Shown here piece after piece: positions 20,958-30,706 of a stretch of DNA of 64,000 nt. The translations under genes were made by a program, and so were the position numbers. Below the pieces are notes generated by a model that ran no database searches, had not been told where the DNA came from, and saw nothing but the letters and a program-made list of their open reading frames with translations. Position 1 is the stretch's first letter; every line of letters begins with the position of its first letter. Source of the stretch: Caldisericia bacterium (GTDB lineage: Bacteria > Caldisericota > Caldisericia > B22-G15); the NCBI GenBank assembly GCA_026414995.1, contig JAOAHY010000003.1:47615-111614 (forward strand). The letters are read 5' to 3'.

Positions 20958-22345
20958 CCATTCTCCTCAGGAACAATTGTTTTTAAAAATTCTCTGTTGT
21001 TTCTTGTTTTAGCCAACATATCTGCAAGTTTTTGTAGTGCTTCGAATGAATCTGCATTTGCAAGTGCTTTTCTTAATACCCAAATTCTTTTATACTCTTC
21101 TGGATCATAAAGAAGTTCTTCTCTTCTTGTTCCAGATTTCTTAACATCAATTGCAGGGAATAATCTTCTTTCAGCTATTTTTCTATCGAGAACAAGTTCC
21201 ATATTTCCAGTTCCCTTAAACTCTTCATATATTACCTCATCCATCTTACTTCCTGTTTCAATTAGTGCGGTTGCAATGATTGTTAAACTACCTCCATTTT
21301 CAATATTTCTTGCTGCACCTAAAAATTTCTTAGGCCCTCTTATTGCAGCTGGGTCTAGTCCACCAGAAAGAGTTCTTCCAGAAGGTTGAGTTACAAGATT
21401 GTATGCTCTTGTCAATCTTGTTATTCCATCAACAAGAATCATTACATCTTCTCCTAACTCAACTAACCTTTTTGCTCTTTCAACAACAAGTTCAGTGACT
21501 CTTATATGATTTTCTGGTGGAAGATCAAATGTTGAAGATATAACCTCTCCTTTTGTTGATCTTTCCATATCAGTTACTTCTTCCGGTCTTTCATCAACAA
21601 GAAGAATAATTAGGTGAATTTCTGGATGATTTATTTCAACAGATTGTGCTATTTTTTTAATTAAAGTTGTTTTTCCAGCCTTTGGAGGAGAAACAATAAG
21701 TCCACGTTGTCCTTTTCCAAGAGGTGCTATAAGTTCAATCAATCTTATGGCTAAATCTGCATTAGGAATTTCTAACTTTATTCTTTTATTAGGGAAAATT
21801 GGTGTTAAATTTTCAAATATTGGTCTATTTTTTGCTTCCTCAAGTGAAAGGCCATTAATTGATATTATTTTTAAAAGCGCAGGGTATTTGTCTTTTTCTG
21901 GAGGTTTTCTTACCCATCCCTCAACCAAATCTCCAACTCTCAAATTAAATTTTTTAATCTGAGAAGGTGCCACATATATATCTCTTTGAGAAGGCGAATA
22001 TTTTGCTCTTAAAAATCCATATCCTTCTGGAAGTATTTCGAGAATTCCTTTATCAATATATTGCTCTTCTGGTGGAATCCCTGGAAAATAATCTAATCTT
22101 TTATCAAGAAGATCTGAAAATTGTGATTTTTCTTTTACTACTATCTTTTCTTCTTTTGGTAAAAGTTCTTCAAAATCTTCTGTTTCTTCTTCAATTTCAT
22201 CTTCTAGAACATTTCCCTCAACTTCAAGAATTTTTTTGATAAGTTCGTCTTTTCTAAAATGTGAATAATTTTTAATCTTTAAGTCCTGGGAGATCTTGTA
22301 AAGTTCTTTCATTGATTTACTCTTTAACTCTTCTTCTCTCGTCAA
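20948..22345 (-). CDS. rho: Transcription termination factor Rho (with an acidic insertion of about 47 aa in the N-terminal domain)
   Basis: [37 protein letters not shown] and the C-terminal half align collinearly with E. coli Rho as I remember it. Confidence 0.92.
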   Translation of the reverse strand: MTREEELKSKSMKELYKISQDLKIKNYSHFRKDELIKKILEVEGNVLEDEIEEETEDFEELLPKEEKIVVKEKSQFSDLLDKRLDYFPGIPPEEQYIDKGILEILPEGYGFLRAKYSPSQRDIYVAPSQIKKFNLRVGDLVEGWVRKPPEKDKYPALLKIISINGLSLEEAKNRPIFENLTPIFPNKRIKLEIPNADLAIRLIELIAPLGKGQRGLIVSPPKAGKTTLIKKIAQSVEINHPEIHLIILLVDERPEEVTDMERSTKGEVISSTFDLPPENHIRVTELVVERAKRLVELGEDVMILVDGITRLTRAYNLVTQPSGRTLSGGLDPAAIRGPKKFLGAARNIENGGSLTIIATALIETGSKMDEVIYEEFKGTGNMELVLDRKIAERRLFPAIDVKKSGTRREELLYDPEEYKRIWVLRKALANADSFEALQKLADMLAKTRNNREFLKTIVPEENGWV

Positions 22346-22359
22346 TTAGCACCTCCTTT

Positions 22360-24369
22360 TTATTTTAAAATTTTTAAGAAAAATGGCAAAAATACAAGAG
22401 AAATTATGCTCATAAGTTTCAATAAAATATTTATTGATGGACCAGCAGTGTCTTTAAATGGATCTCCAACTGTATCTCCTACAACACTTGCTTTATGTGC
22501 AGGAGAGCCTTTGCCTCCATAAAGTCCTTTTTCAATTAGCTTTTTTGCATTATCCCATGCACCACCAGAATTTGCCATTAAAATTGCAATAAGAGCTCCA
22601 GAAACAAGAGAACCTGCAAGAAATCCGCCTAGACCATCTTTTCCAAAAATAAAAACTATTACAAAAGGTGAAACTATAACAATCAAAGAAGGAATTATCA
22701 TCTCTTTTAAAGCACCTATTGTTGAAATATCAACACATCTTTTATAATCAGGTTCTGCTTTTCCTTCAAGGAGTCCAGGTATTTCTCTAAATTGTCTTCT
22801 CACTTCCTCAACCATTCTATATGCTGCTTTCTCAACAGCAGATATTGCATATCCACTAAAAAGAAATGGTAAAATTCCACCAATAAACATACTAGAAACA
22901 ACATTTGGTTTTAATAAATCAATATTATTTATACCAGCAACTAGTGAATATGCAACAAAAAGAGCAAGTGCAGTTAAGATTGCTGAACCGATTGCAAAAC
23001 CTTTACCCATTGCAGCTGTTGTATTTCCAAATGCGTCTAAAGAATCGGTTATTTTTCTTACCGATGGATCTTGATGTGACATTTCAGCAATTCCACCTGC
23101 ATTATCTGCAATTGGACCATATGCATCAACAGATAAAGATATTCCAAGAGTTGCAAGCATACCAACTCCAGCAAGAGCAATTCCATAAATTCCTGCAAAA
23201 AGGTATGCTCCATAAATTGAAAAAGAAAGAATTATCATTGGCAAAACTGTAGATTCCATTCCTACTGCGAAACCTGCTAAAATATTTGTTGCTGTTCCTG
23301 TTGTAGCTGCTTCTGCAATTTTTTTAATTGGGTTTCCACCTGTATAATATTGAGTTATTAAACCAATTACAACACCACTAATTAAACCTAAAAATGTTGA
23401 GAAATATGGAGATAGATCTTTTACATATATTATTGTTAAGATAAATCCTAAAATTGCAAAAATAATTGCACTAAAAATTGTACCACCTGTTAATGCAAGT
23501 TGTGGTGTAATTGTTTTAATTATCTTTGAAGAGAATTTTACAAATAATACTCCCAAAATAGAGGAGATTAAACCAAGAGATACTATTAGAAATGGATAAT
23601 AAATGAAAGGTTGTTTTGATGATACATTTAATGCCAATGTAAATGCAATAACTATTGATGAGACTATTGAACCAACATAAGATTCATAAAGGTCTGCTCC
23701 CATTCCAGCAACATCTCCAACATTATCTCCAACATTATCTGCAATAACTGCTGGGTTTCTTGGATCGTCCTCAGGAATTCCTGCTTCAATTTTTCCAACA
23801 AGATCTGCTCCAACATCTGCTGCTTTTGTAAATATACCTCCTCCAACTCTTGCAAATAGAGCAACAAAACTTGCACCCATTGAATAACCAGTGATCAATG
23901 GAATTGGCCCAATTTTTGGAAGAAATTTTATACCAACTAGATATACAATAGATAAACCTAAAATTCCAAGTGATGTAACTGTTATTCCCATAACTGCTCC
24001 ACCAGTAAAAGCAACATCAATCGCTTTTCCACCACCTGTTTTTGCAGCATATGTAGTTCTACCATTTGCTCTTGTTGCGACACTCATTCCTACAAAGCCA
24101 GAAAATGCTGAAAGAAAATTACCAAAAATAAATGTGAGTGCAACATAAGGAGATATTAAAATTGATACAATGATTGCAAAAATTATAACTATAACTCCCA
24201 TAACTTTCCACTCTCTTACAAGAAATGCTTGAGCACCTTGTCTTATTGCAAGAGAGATTTTTTTAATCTTTTCTTCTCCTTCAGGATTTTTAAAAACATT
24301 AAAAATCAAAAAAATAGAGAAAATAATACCAACAATACTTACCAAAATGGAAAGAGTCAGAAAATCCAT
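22360..24369 (-). CDS. hppA: Membrane-integral K+-dependent-type pyrophosphatase (H+/Na+ pumping)
   Basis: Motifs [33 protein letters not shown] (Ala, not Lys, which marks the K+-dependent class) and [15 protein letters not shown]. Confidence 0.9.
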   Translation of the reverse strand: MDFLTLSILVSIVGIIFSIFLIFNVFKNPEGEEKIKKISLAIRQGAQAFLVREWKVMGVIVIIFAIIVSILISPYVALTFIFGNFLSAFSGFVGMSVATRANGRTTYAAKTGGGKAIDVAFTGGAVMGITVTSLGILGLSIVYLVGIKFLPKIGPIPLITGYSMGASFVALFARVGGGIFTKAADVGADLVGKIEAGIPEDDPRNPAVIADNVGDNVGDVAGMGADLYESYVGSIVSSIVIAFTLALNVSSKQPFIYYPFLIVSLGLISSILGVLFVKFSSKIIKTITPQLALTGGTIFSAIIFAILGFILTIIYVKDLSPYFSTFLGLISGVVIGLITQYYTGGNPIKKIAEAATTGTATNILAGFAVGMESTVLPMIILSFSIYGAYLFAGIYGIALAGVGMLATLGISLSVDAYGPIADNAGGIAEMSHQDPSVRKITDSLDAFGNTTAAMGKGFAIGSAILTALALFVAYSLVAGINNIDLLKPNVVSSMFIGGILPFLFSGYAISAVEKAAYRMVEEVRRQFREIPGLLEGKAEPDYKRCVDISTIGALKEMIIPSLIVIVSPFVIVFIFGKDGLGGFLAGSLVSGALIAILMANSGGAWDNAKKLIEKGLYGGKGSPAHKASVVGDTVGDPFKDTAGPSINILLKLMSIISLVFLPFFLKILK

Positions 24370-24394
24370 AATTTAACCTCCTCAATTTTTTAAG

Positions 24395-24467
24395 AGCCAG
24401 CGACCCGACTCGAACGGGCGACCAGCTGATTACGAATCAGCCGCTCTACCACCTGAGCTACGCTGGC
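24395..24467 (-). tRNA. tRNA-Thr (anticodon CGT), no encoded CCA
   Basis: Folded by hand: acceptor GCCAGCG/CGCTGGC, D stem GCTC/GAGC, anticodon stem GCTGA/TCAGC with loop TTCGTAA, T arm GCCCG-TTCGAGT-CGGGT, discriminator T. The following bases are CT. Confidence 0.9.
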
Positions 24468-24503
24468 AAAAATATGGAAAATATAAAATAATGATAGTCA
24501 CTC

Positions 24504-24578
24504 TGGAGCGGGAGACGGGACTCGAACCCGCGGCGGCCACCTTGGCAAGGTGGTGCTCTACCACTGAGCTACTCCCGC
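24504..24578 (-). tRNA. tRNA-Gly (anticodon GCC), CCA encoded
   Basis: Acceptor GCGGGAG/CTCCCGC, anticodon arm CCACC-TTGCCAA-GGTGG, T loop TTCGAGT, 3' TCCA. Confidence 0.9.
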
Positions 24579-24579
24579 A

Positions 24580-24656
24580 TGGCGGGATCGACGGGATTCG
24601 AACCCGCGATCTCCAGCGTGACAGGCTGGCGTGTTGGACCGCTACACCACGACCCC
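24580..24656 (-). tRNA. tRNA-Asp (anticodon GTC), CCA encoded
   Basis: Acceptor GGGGTCG/CGATCCC, anticodon arm CCAGC-CTGTCAC-GCTGG, T loop TTCGAAT, discriminator G plus CCA. Its 3' end is 1 nt from the 5' end of tRNA-Gly. Confidence 0.9.
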
Positions 24657-24674
24657 GCTCATTTCGCTTATTTC

Positions 24675-24749
24675 TGGTGGGCGAAACAGGAGTCGAACCT
24701 GTGACCCCTTGCTTGTGAAGCAAGTGCTCTACCGCTGAGCCATTCGCCC
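24675..24749 (-). tRNA. tRNA-Val (anticodon CAC), CCA encoded
   Basis: Acceptor GGGCGAA/TTCGCCC, anticodon arm CTTGC-TTCACAA-GCAAG, T loop TTCGACT, 3' ACCA. Confidence 0.9.
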
Positions 24750-24758
24750 TGCTTTATT

Positions 24759-24786
24759 ATTCTAATAAAATTTCTTTTTTTGTCAA
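24759..24786 (-). promoter_or_regulatory. Putative sigma-70-type promoter of the tRNA cluster (TTGACA-16 nt-TAGAAT)
   Basis: On the minus strand, TTGACA is at 24786-24781 and TAGAAT at 24764-24759. The predicted start is only about 2-3 nt before the mature tRNA-Val 5' end. Confidence 0.45.
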
Positions 24787-24836
24787 GTGGGTTTAAGTTA
24801 TAATAAATACATAATTAATGGTAAAATTCAAAAAGA

Positions 24837-25700
24837 ATGGAAAATTTTGAAAAAAGAATAAAAAAACTAGAAATTGAATTTAAAAATTTAAAAGAGAATT
24901 TGTCAAAAATAATATATTTTATAGATAAAAATTATGGTAAAGAGATAATTTTTTCACTTCTCAAAGAAAGAGGATTTGAGGTATTAGAAATTAAAGATAA
25001 AAGAATTATTTTTCCAAAAGATGAAAGGTATTTTGAAGATTATTTTAAAAATTTAAAAAGTTATTACTTTAGAAGAATTTTACAGGATACAATTAAAAAA
25101 AAGGAGTTTTCTTATGATTTTATCTTAAAACTTAAAGAAAAATGGGGAGAAAAAGTTGTTGAGAGATATTTAGAAAAACTTGTAAAATATAAAATTTTTA
25201 AAAAGGAAAATTTTCATTATATCTCAAACTATATAGATATTGATAACATTGGAAATACTCTTGAATGGTATATTGGAGAGATTTTAAAAAAGGAATTTTC
25301 AATTCCTGTTATATCTAATATTGAAATTAAAAATATAAAAGAAGGTGGTGATTTTGACATATTTTTCTTATTGCTTGGAAATTTATCATATCTTGAAATA
25401 AAATCTTCTCCTCCAAATAATATATCAATTGAGGAAATTGAAAATTTTATAAGAAGAGTTGTAGAAATAGGAATAAAAGTATCAATTTTATTCATTGACA
25501 CAACTCTAAATATAAAAAGGAATATAATAGATAATATGGAATTTTTACTTAAAAGAGTAAAAAAGAATTTTATTGGTAAAATGATTAGAAATGGTTTTTA
25601 TAAGGTAGCTTCAGGTATTTATGTTTTTAATTCAAAAAGAAGCATTGAAGAGAGTATTAGGATTGTCATAGATGATTTATTAAAGGAGGATTTAATTTGA
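24837..25700 (+). CDS. Hypothetical protein, possible PD-(D/E)xK-fold nuclease with an N-terminal coiled-coil/helical region
   Basis: The C-terminal half contains EGGDFDIFFLLLGNLSYLEIKSS (a D ... E-x-K arrangement). There is no other recognisable motif. A 4-nt overlap links it to surE. Confidence 0.35.
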   Translation: MENFEKRIKKLEIEFKNLKENLSKIIYFIDKNYGKEIIFSLLKERGFEVLEIKDKRIIFPKDERYFEDYFKNLKSYYFRRILQDTIKKKEFSYDFILKLKEKWGEKVVERYLEKLVKYKIFKKENFHYISNYIDIDNIGNTLEWYIGEILKKEFSIPVISNIEIKNIKEGGDFDIFFLLLGNLSYLEIKSSPPNNISIEEIENFIRRVVEIGIKVSILFIDTTLNIKRNIIDNMEFLLKRVKKNFIGKMIRNGFYKVASGIYVFNSKRSIEESIRIVIDDLLKEDLI

Positions 25701-26464
25701 GAGTTTTAATAACTAATGATGATGGTATAGATTCTCCTGGAATTAAAATTTTAGGTGATATTTTTTCAGAGGAGTTTGAAACTTTTGTAATTGCACCAGA
25801 AAGACAAAGAAGTGCATTAGGTCACTCAATAACAACTCATAAACCATTAAGAATTAAAGAAATTGATTCAAATAAATCTAATTTAAAAATTTATGCAACA
25901 AATGGCACAACAGCAGATTGTGTTATTTTAGGGGTTGATGTATTAATAAAGAATATTGATTTTGTTATATCTGGGATAAATGAACTACCTAATGTTGGCG
26001 ATGATATAACATACTCTGGAACAATTTCAGGGAGTATGGAAGGTGTTATTAATGGTATTCCATCAATAGCGGTTTCGATACTTGGATTTAAAGAAAACTT
26101 ATCTTTTGCAGCAAAGTTTTCTAAAAAAATTGTAAAATATTTAATTAAAAATCCCCTTAAAAAAGGAACATTTTTAAATATTAATTTTCCAGGAGAAGGA
26201 GAAATTAAAGGAATTAAAATTTCTAAGGTTGGAAGAGTATGGTACAGAAATAGAACGATTGAAAGAAAAGACCCTCTAGGAAGACCATACTATTGGATTA
26301 TTGGAGAGCCTGTTTGGGAAGGAGATGAGGACACAGATACTTGGGCAGTAAAAAATGGTTATATTTCAATAACTCCACTTCATCTTGATTTAGTTGATTA
26401 TGAAACTTATGAGTTTTTGTTAAAAAAAGAGCCTGATTTTTTAAATTTATTGAAAAATGAATAA
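25697..26464 (+). CDS. surE: 5'/3'-nucleotidase SurE
   Basis: N-terminal ILITNDDGIDSPGI and GTNxGxDxxYSGTxxGAMEG-like (NVGDDITYSGTISGSMEG) motifs. Confidence 0.9.
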   Translation: MRVLITNDDGIDSPGIKILGDIFSEEFETFVIAPERQRSALGHSITTHKPLRIKEIDSNKSNLKIYATNGTTADCVILGVDVLIKNIDFVISGINELPNVGDDITYSGTISGSMEGVINGIPSIAVSILGFKENLSFAAKFSKKIVKYLIKNPLKKGTFLNINFPGEGEIKGIKISKVGRVWYRNRTIERKDPLGRPYYWIIGEPVWEGDEDTDTWAVKNGYISITPLHLDLVDYETYEFLLKKEPDFLNLLKNE

Positions 26465-28838
26465 AATTTTGATTTTAACTGAAAAACCATCTGTTGCAGA
26501 GGATATTGCTAAAGTTTTAAATGCAAAAAGAAAGGGAAATTTATTTGAAAGTGATAAATATACAATAATTTTTGCATTAGGACACTTGGTTACTTTATGT
26601 GAGCCAGAAGATTATGATAAAAAATTTAAATATTGGACAATAAAGGATTTGCCAATTATTCCAAAAGTGTTTAAATTAAAGCCAATTAGAGAAACAGAAG
26701 ATCAATTTGATTTTGTAAAAAAATTTCTAAAAAGTGATTCTTATGATTTTATTGTAAACGCTTGTGATGCAGGAAGAGAAGGTGAATTAATTTTTAGATA
26801 CATTTATAAGCTTTCTAAATCAAATCTAAAAATAAAAAGATTGTGGCTTAATGCTTTAACAAAAGAAGAAATATTAAATGGATTTAATAATTTAAAGGAT
26901 GGTGAAGAATTTGAAAATTTAGGAATAGCAGCTGAAGCAAGGGCTCAAGCAGATTGGCTTGTTGGAATAAATGCAACAAGAGCATTTACTAGAAAAGAAG
27001 GTCTTCTTCTTTCGATTGGTAGAGTTCAAACTCCAACTCTTTACATGATAGTTGAGAGAGAAAATGAAATTTTATCATTTAAAAAGGAAAAATATTATGA
27101 AATTTTTGCATATTTTGAAAAAGATAAATTTAAATATAAAGGAAAGTGGTTTGATGATAGTGATGATAGAATTTTTGATGAAAATAAATTAATTAAAATT
27201 TTAGAAAACATTAAAGAGAAAGATGGTTTAGTTGATTCAATTGAACTTAAGAAAAACAAAGTTCCACCTCCACTTCTATATGATCTCACAGAACTACAAA
27301 GAGAAGCTAATAGATTATTTGGGTTTACTGCTCAAAAAACTTTATCAATTGCACAATCTTTGTATGAACAGGAGAAACTTATTACATATCCAAGAACCGA
27401 TTCAAGATATCTTCCATCTTCTTTAAAAAGTGATATTCCTAAGATTCTAAAAAATTTATCAAAATTAGATATTTACAAGAATTTTATTGAAAATGTTTTA
27501 AAAAGTGGAATTAAATTTAATTCAAGAATAGTTGACGATTCAAAAGTTACTGATCACTTTGCAATAATTCCAACTGGAGTTTTACCAAAAGGCATGCTTT
27601 CTAATGATAAAAAGATAATTTTTGATTTAATAGTTAAAAGATTTATTTCTGTTTTTTATCCTCCAGCAGAAGAATTAAAATTGACAATTATAACTAAAAT
27701 TGTTAATGAAAGATTTAAGACAGATGATAAATATCTTATTTTTTCTGGTTGGATGAAAGTTTATGGAAAAGAAGAAGAATTATTTGAGGAAGTACCTTTA
27801 AAAATAAAAGAAAAAGTAAAAGTAAACAAAATAGAAAAAGTTGAAAAATTTACTGAACCTCCTCCAAGATTTACTGATGGTGGAATTCTTTCTTTAATGG
27901 AAACATGTGGAAAATTAATTGAAGATGAAGAATTAAGAGAGATTTTAAAAGAAAAAGGAATTGGGACTCCAGCAACAAGAGCACAAATCATTGAGAGATT
28001 GATTGAAGTTGGATACATAGAAAGAGATGGAAAATATTTAAAACCTCTTCCTAAAGGAATGAAACTTATAGAAACTCTAAAAAAAATTCCTCTTGAAGAA
28101 CTGCTTTCTCCAGAACTTACAGGTGAGTGGGAGAGAAAACTTTTATTTATTGAAAAAGGAAAACTTGAATATGAAAAATTTATAAAAGATATAATAAATT
28201 TCACAAAAGATATTGTAGATAAAGTTATAAAAAGAGAAGGCAAAAGAATTAAAGACGAAATTGTTGAAGTAATTGGAAAATGTCCTAATTGTAATAGTGA
28301 GCTATTAGAAGGAGAAAGAGGCTATTTCTGCAAAAAGTTCAAAGAGAAAAATTGTTTATTCTATGTCCCAAAAACCTTCCTTGGAAGAAAGATAAGTAGA
28401 GAAGAAGTACTTGAACTAGTAAATAATAAAAAAACAAAACTTCTTTATGGATTTATATCAAAGAATAAAAAGAAGTTTTCTGCATATTTATTCCTTGGAG
28501 AAGATGGTAAAGTCACATTGTCATTTCCAGAAGATAAAGTAATTGATGAAAAATCTTTAGGAAAATGCCCTATTTGTGGGTCAAATGTGTTAGAAACTGA
28601 AACGAAATTTAAATGTGAAAATGATAATTGTTCATTTTCGATTAATAAATTTATTCTTGGAAAGGAAATAAAAAGAGAAGATATGATTGAACTTCTTGGT
28701 GGTAGAGAAACAAAAATATTTCAATTTAAATCTAAAGGAAAAAAATTTAAAGCACAATTAAAACTTGAAAAAGATAAATTGAAATTTATTTTTGAGGAGA
28801 AAGGTCATGGCAAAAGTAATAGTAAGAAGAGTAAATGA
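26457..28838 (+). CDS. topB: Type IA DNA topoisomerase, topoisomerase III-like, with two C-terminal zinc ribbons
   Basis: TOPRIM (LTEKPS ... ACDAGREGE), active-site ITYPRTDSRYLP, and GIGTPATRA. The C-terminal motifs are CPNCNS...CKK..C and CPICGS...CEN..C. Confidence 0.8.
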   Translation: MNKILILTEKPSVAEDIAKVLNAKRKGNLFESDKYTIIFALGHLVTLCEPEDYDKKFKYWTIKDLPIIPKVFKLKPIRETEDQFDFVKKFLKSDSYDFIVNACDAGREGELIFRYIYKLSKSNLKIKRLWLNALTKEEILNGFNNLKDGEEFENLGIAAEARAQADWLVGINATRAFTRKEGLLLSIGRVQTPTLYMIVERENEILSFKKEKYYEIFAYFEKDKFKYKGKWFDDSDDRIFDENKLIKILENIKEKDGLVDSIELKKNKVPPPLLYDLTELQREANRLFGFTAQKTLSIAQSLYEQEKLITYPRTDSRYLPSSLKSDIPKILKNLSKLDIYKNFIENVLKSGIKFNSRIVDDSKVTDHFAIIPTGVLPKGMLSNDKKIIFDLIVKRFISVFYPPAEELKLTIITKIVNERFKTDDKYLIFSGWMKVYGKEEELFEEVPLKIKEKVKVNKIEKVEKFTEPPPRFTDGGILSLMETCGKLIEDEELREILKEKGIGTPATRAQIIERLIEVGYIERDGKYLKPLPKGMKLIETLKKIPLEELLSPELTGEWERKLLFIEKGKLEYEKFIKDIINFTKDIVDKVIKREGKRIKDEIVEVIGKCPNCNSELLEGERGYFCKKFKEKNCLFYVPKTFLGRKISREEVLELVNNKKTKLLYGFISKNKKKFSAYLFLGEDGKVTLSFPEDKVIDEKSLGKCPICGSNVLETETKFKCENDNCSFSINKFILGKEIKREDMIELLGGRETKIFQFKSKGKKFKAQLKLEKDKLKFIFEEKGHGKSNSKKSK

Positions 28839-29901
28839 ATATAATGAAGATTTAATTAAAAAAATTTTTCTTGAAAATAAAGAATTTATTTTAAAAGATT
28901 TAAATCCAAAAGACAAGGTTCTTGTTAAACCAAACTTTTTATCTTTTAACCCACCAGAAAAAGCAGTTACAACTCATCCAGTTTTTATAAAGGCATTCAT
29001 AAAATTTCTTCTTGAGCATGATATTTATGTAATATTAGGAGATATTCCAGGAAGAGCAATTAGTTCAACTAAACTAAAAGAACTTTCAGGAGTATCTGAA
29101 TTTGAAGGAGAAAATTTAAAAATAGAGGACCTCGGAGTATATGGTTTTAGAAATGTAGGTACAACAGTAAATGAAATTGAAATTAAACTTCCAAATATTC
29201 TTTGGGAAGTTAAAAGAGTTTTTAATCTGCCAAAAATGAAAACACATTCTTTAACTTTTATTAGTGGTGCAACAAAAAACCTTTTTGGTTTAACTCCAAG
29301 AAAAGATAGATTGATAATACACACAATTTCAGATCCAGTTTTATTCTCTAAAATTTTAATTGACATAAACAAATTTTTACCAGTTCCTCAAATTATTTTA
29401 CTAGATGGGATTTTAGGTATGGAGGGAGATGGCCCTTCTTTTGGTAATCCAGTTTGGTTCAATTCTATTATAATTTCGAATGATCCTATTATTTCAGATT
29501 TTATAATGAGTAAAATAATGGGTTTTGAGATAGAAAATATTCCTCTCTTTAAAAATGATTGGTGTTTAGATTTTGATTTAGATGGAGATATTGATGTGCT
29601 TATTAAAAAATCAGAAAAACCAAAAACCTTTCTTGTTTCAGGAAAAGGAACATCTCATATAGCAGCCTTTTTTTATAAATATCTTGGAAACTTTCTTCAA
29701 CCAAAACCAAATGTTGATAAAAATAAGTGTATAAAATGTGGAGTTTGTTCATCAAAGTGTGCAGGCAAAGCAATAACATTAAATCCATACCCTATTTTTG
29801 ATAGGGAAAAATGTGTTTTGTGTTATTGTTGTCATGAATTATGCCCTCAGGGGGCGATATACCTTAAAAGAGGTATAATTTCAAAAATTGTAAAAACATA
29901 A
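28807..29901 (+). CDS. DUF362-domain protein with a C-terminal 2x[4Fe-4S] ferredoxin domain
   Basis: KVLVKPNFL-type DUF362 N-terminus. Cysteine clusters CIKCGVCSSKC and CVLCYCCHELCP. I prefer the ATG at 28807 (SD GAGGAGAAAGG) over the listed TTG at 28792. Confidence 0.65.
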   Translation: MAKVIVRRVNEYNEDLIKKIFLENKEFILKDLNPKDKVLVKPNFLSFNPPEKAVTTHPVFIKAFIKFLLEHDIYVILGDIPGRAISSTKLKELSGVSEFEGENLKIEDLGVYGFRNVGTTVNEIEIKLPNILWEVKRVFNLPKMKTHSLTFISGATKNLFGLTPRKDRLIIHTISDPVLFSKILIDINKFLPVPQIILLDGILGMEGDGPSFGNPVWFNSIIISNDPIISDFIMSKIMGFEIENIPLFKNDWCLDFDLDGDIDVLIKKSEKPKTFLVSGKGTSHIAAFFYKYLGNFLQPKPNVDKNKCIKCGVCSSKCAGKAITLNPYPIFDREKCVLCYCCHELCPQGAIYLKRGIISKIVKT

Positions 29902-29914
29902 AAAGGAGGATTTT

Positions 29915-30706
29915 ATGGATCTTGGAATAAAAAATAAAATAGCAGTAGTAACAGGTGGTAGCAAGGGTCTAGGCAAAGCAGTTGCCTTTTCTCTTGCAGA
30001 AGAAGGAGCAAGGTTAGGGGTTTGTGCAAGAGATGAAAAAGCACTAAAAGATTTAAAAAGAGAGATTGAAGAGAGTTATAATACTGAAGTTTTTGTTTTT
30101 CCATGTGATTTAACAAAAAGAGATGAAATTTTGAAATTTAAAGATGAAATTATAAAATTTTATGGAACAGTTCATCTTCTTTTTATAAATAGTGGAGGAC
30201 CTCCGCCAGGTGGTTTTTTTGATTTTAAAGAGAAAGATTATTTAGAAGCAATTAATTTAAATTTAATGAGTACCATTAATTTGACTTATGCATTCATTGA
30301 TTATATGATAAACCAAAAATTCGGGAGAATTGTTGCATCAACTTCAATTTCTGTAAAAGAACCACTTCAAGATATAATTCTATCAAATGTATCAAGAACA
30401 CCAGTTGTTGCATTTATAAAAAGTTTATCAAGAGAGGTTGGTAAATATAATATAACAGCAAATTGTGTTGCACCAGGATATACTTTAACTGACAGATTAA
30501 GAAAAATTATTGAGAATAGAAGCAAGAAAAATGGTACTACTTTTGAAGAGGAATTAAATAAAATAACAAAAGATATACCTCTTGGAAGAGTTGGAGATCC
30601 TGAAGAATACGCTGATGTTGTAACATTTCTTCTTTCTGAAAGAGCAAGTTATGTTACTGGAGTTACTCTTTTAATTGATGGTGGTATATTTAGAGGTTTA
30701 ATGTAA
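29915..30706 (+). CDS. Short-chain dehydrogenase/reductase family protein with a non-canonical active site
   Basis: Rossmann motif VTGGSKGLG. A gapless alignment with the FabG at 40202-40930 puts S-N-V-S-R where FabG has Y-A-A-S-K. Confidence 0.75.
   Translation: MDLGIKNKIAVVTGGSKGLGKAVAFSLAEEGARLGVCARDEKALKDLKREIEESYNTEVFVFPCDLTKRDEILKFKDEIIKFYGTVHLLFINSGGPPPGGFFDFKEKDYLEAINLNLMSTINLTYAFIDYMINQKFGRIVASTSISVKEPLQDIILSNVSRTPVVAFIKSLSREVGKYNITANCVAPGYTLTDRLRKIIENRSKKNGTTFEEELNKITKDIPLGRVGDPEEYADVVTFLLSERASYVTGVTLLIDGGIFRGLM

Noticed and set aside
24430-24723. Listed ORFs of 97 aa (-) and 75 aa (+) with Arg/Gly/Pro-rich translations
   Set aside because: They lie entirely over the four GC-rich tRNA genes. 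The open frames result from high GC content and the absence of AT-rich stop codons, not from coding.
24750-24836. The tRNA-adjacent region as an integration site (att) of a genomic island
   Set aside because: There is no tRNA 3'-end duplication, integrase or repeat. The next gene is translationally coupled to surE, and the spacer is only 87 nt.
27761-28243. 160-aa antisense ORF within topB, with analogous antisense ORFs at 22905-23252, 23891-24148, 57430-57897, 59144-59449, 31973-32263 and 33669-33872
   Set aside because: All are embedded opposite strongly supported genes. They have Ser/Phe/Ile-rich low-complexity translations typical of the reverse frame of AT-rich, Lys/Glu-rich genes.
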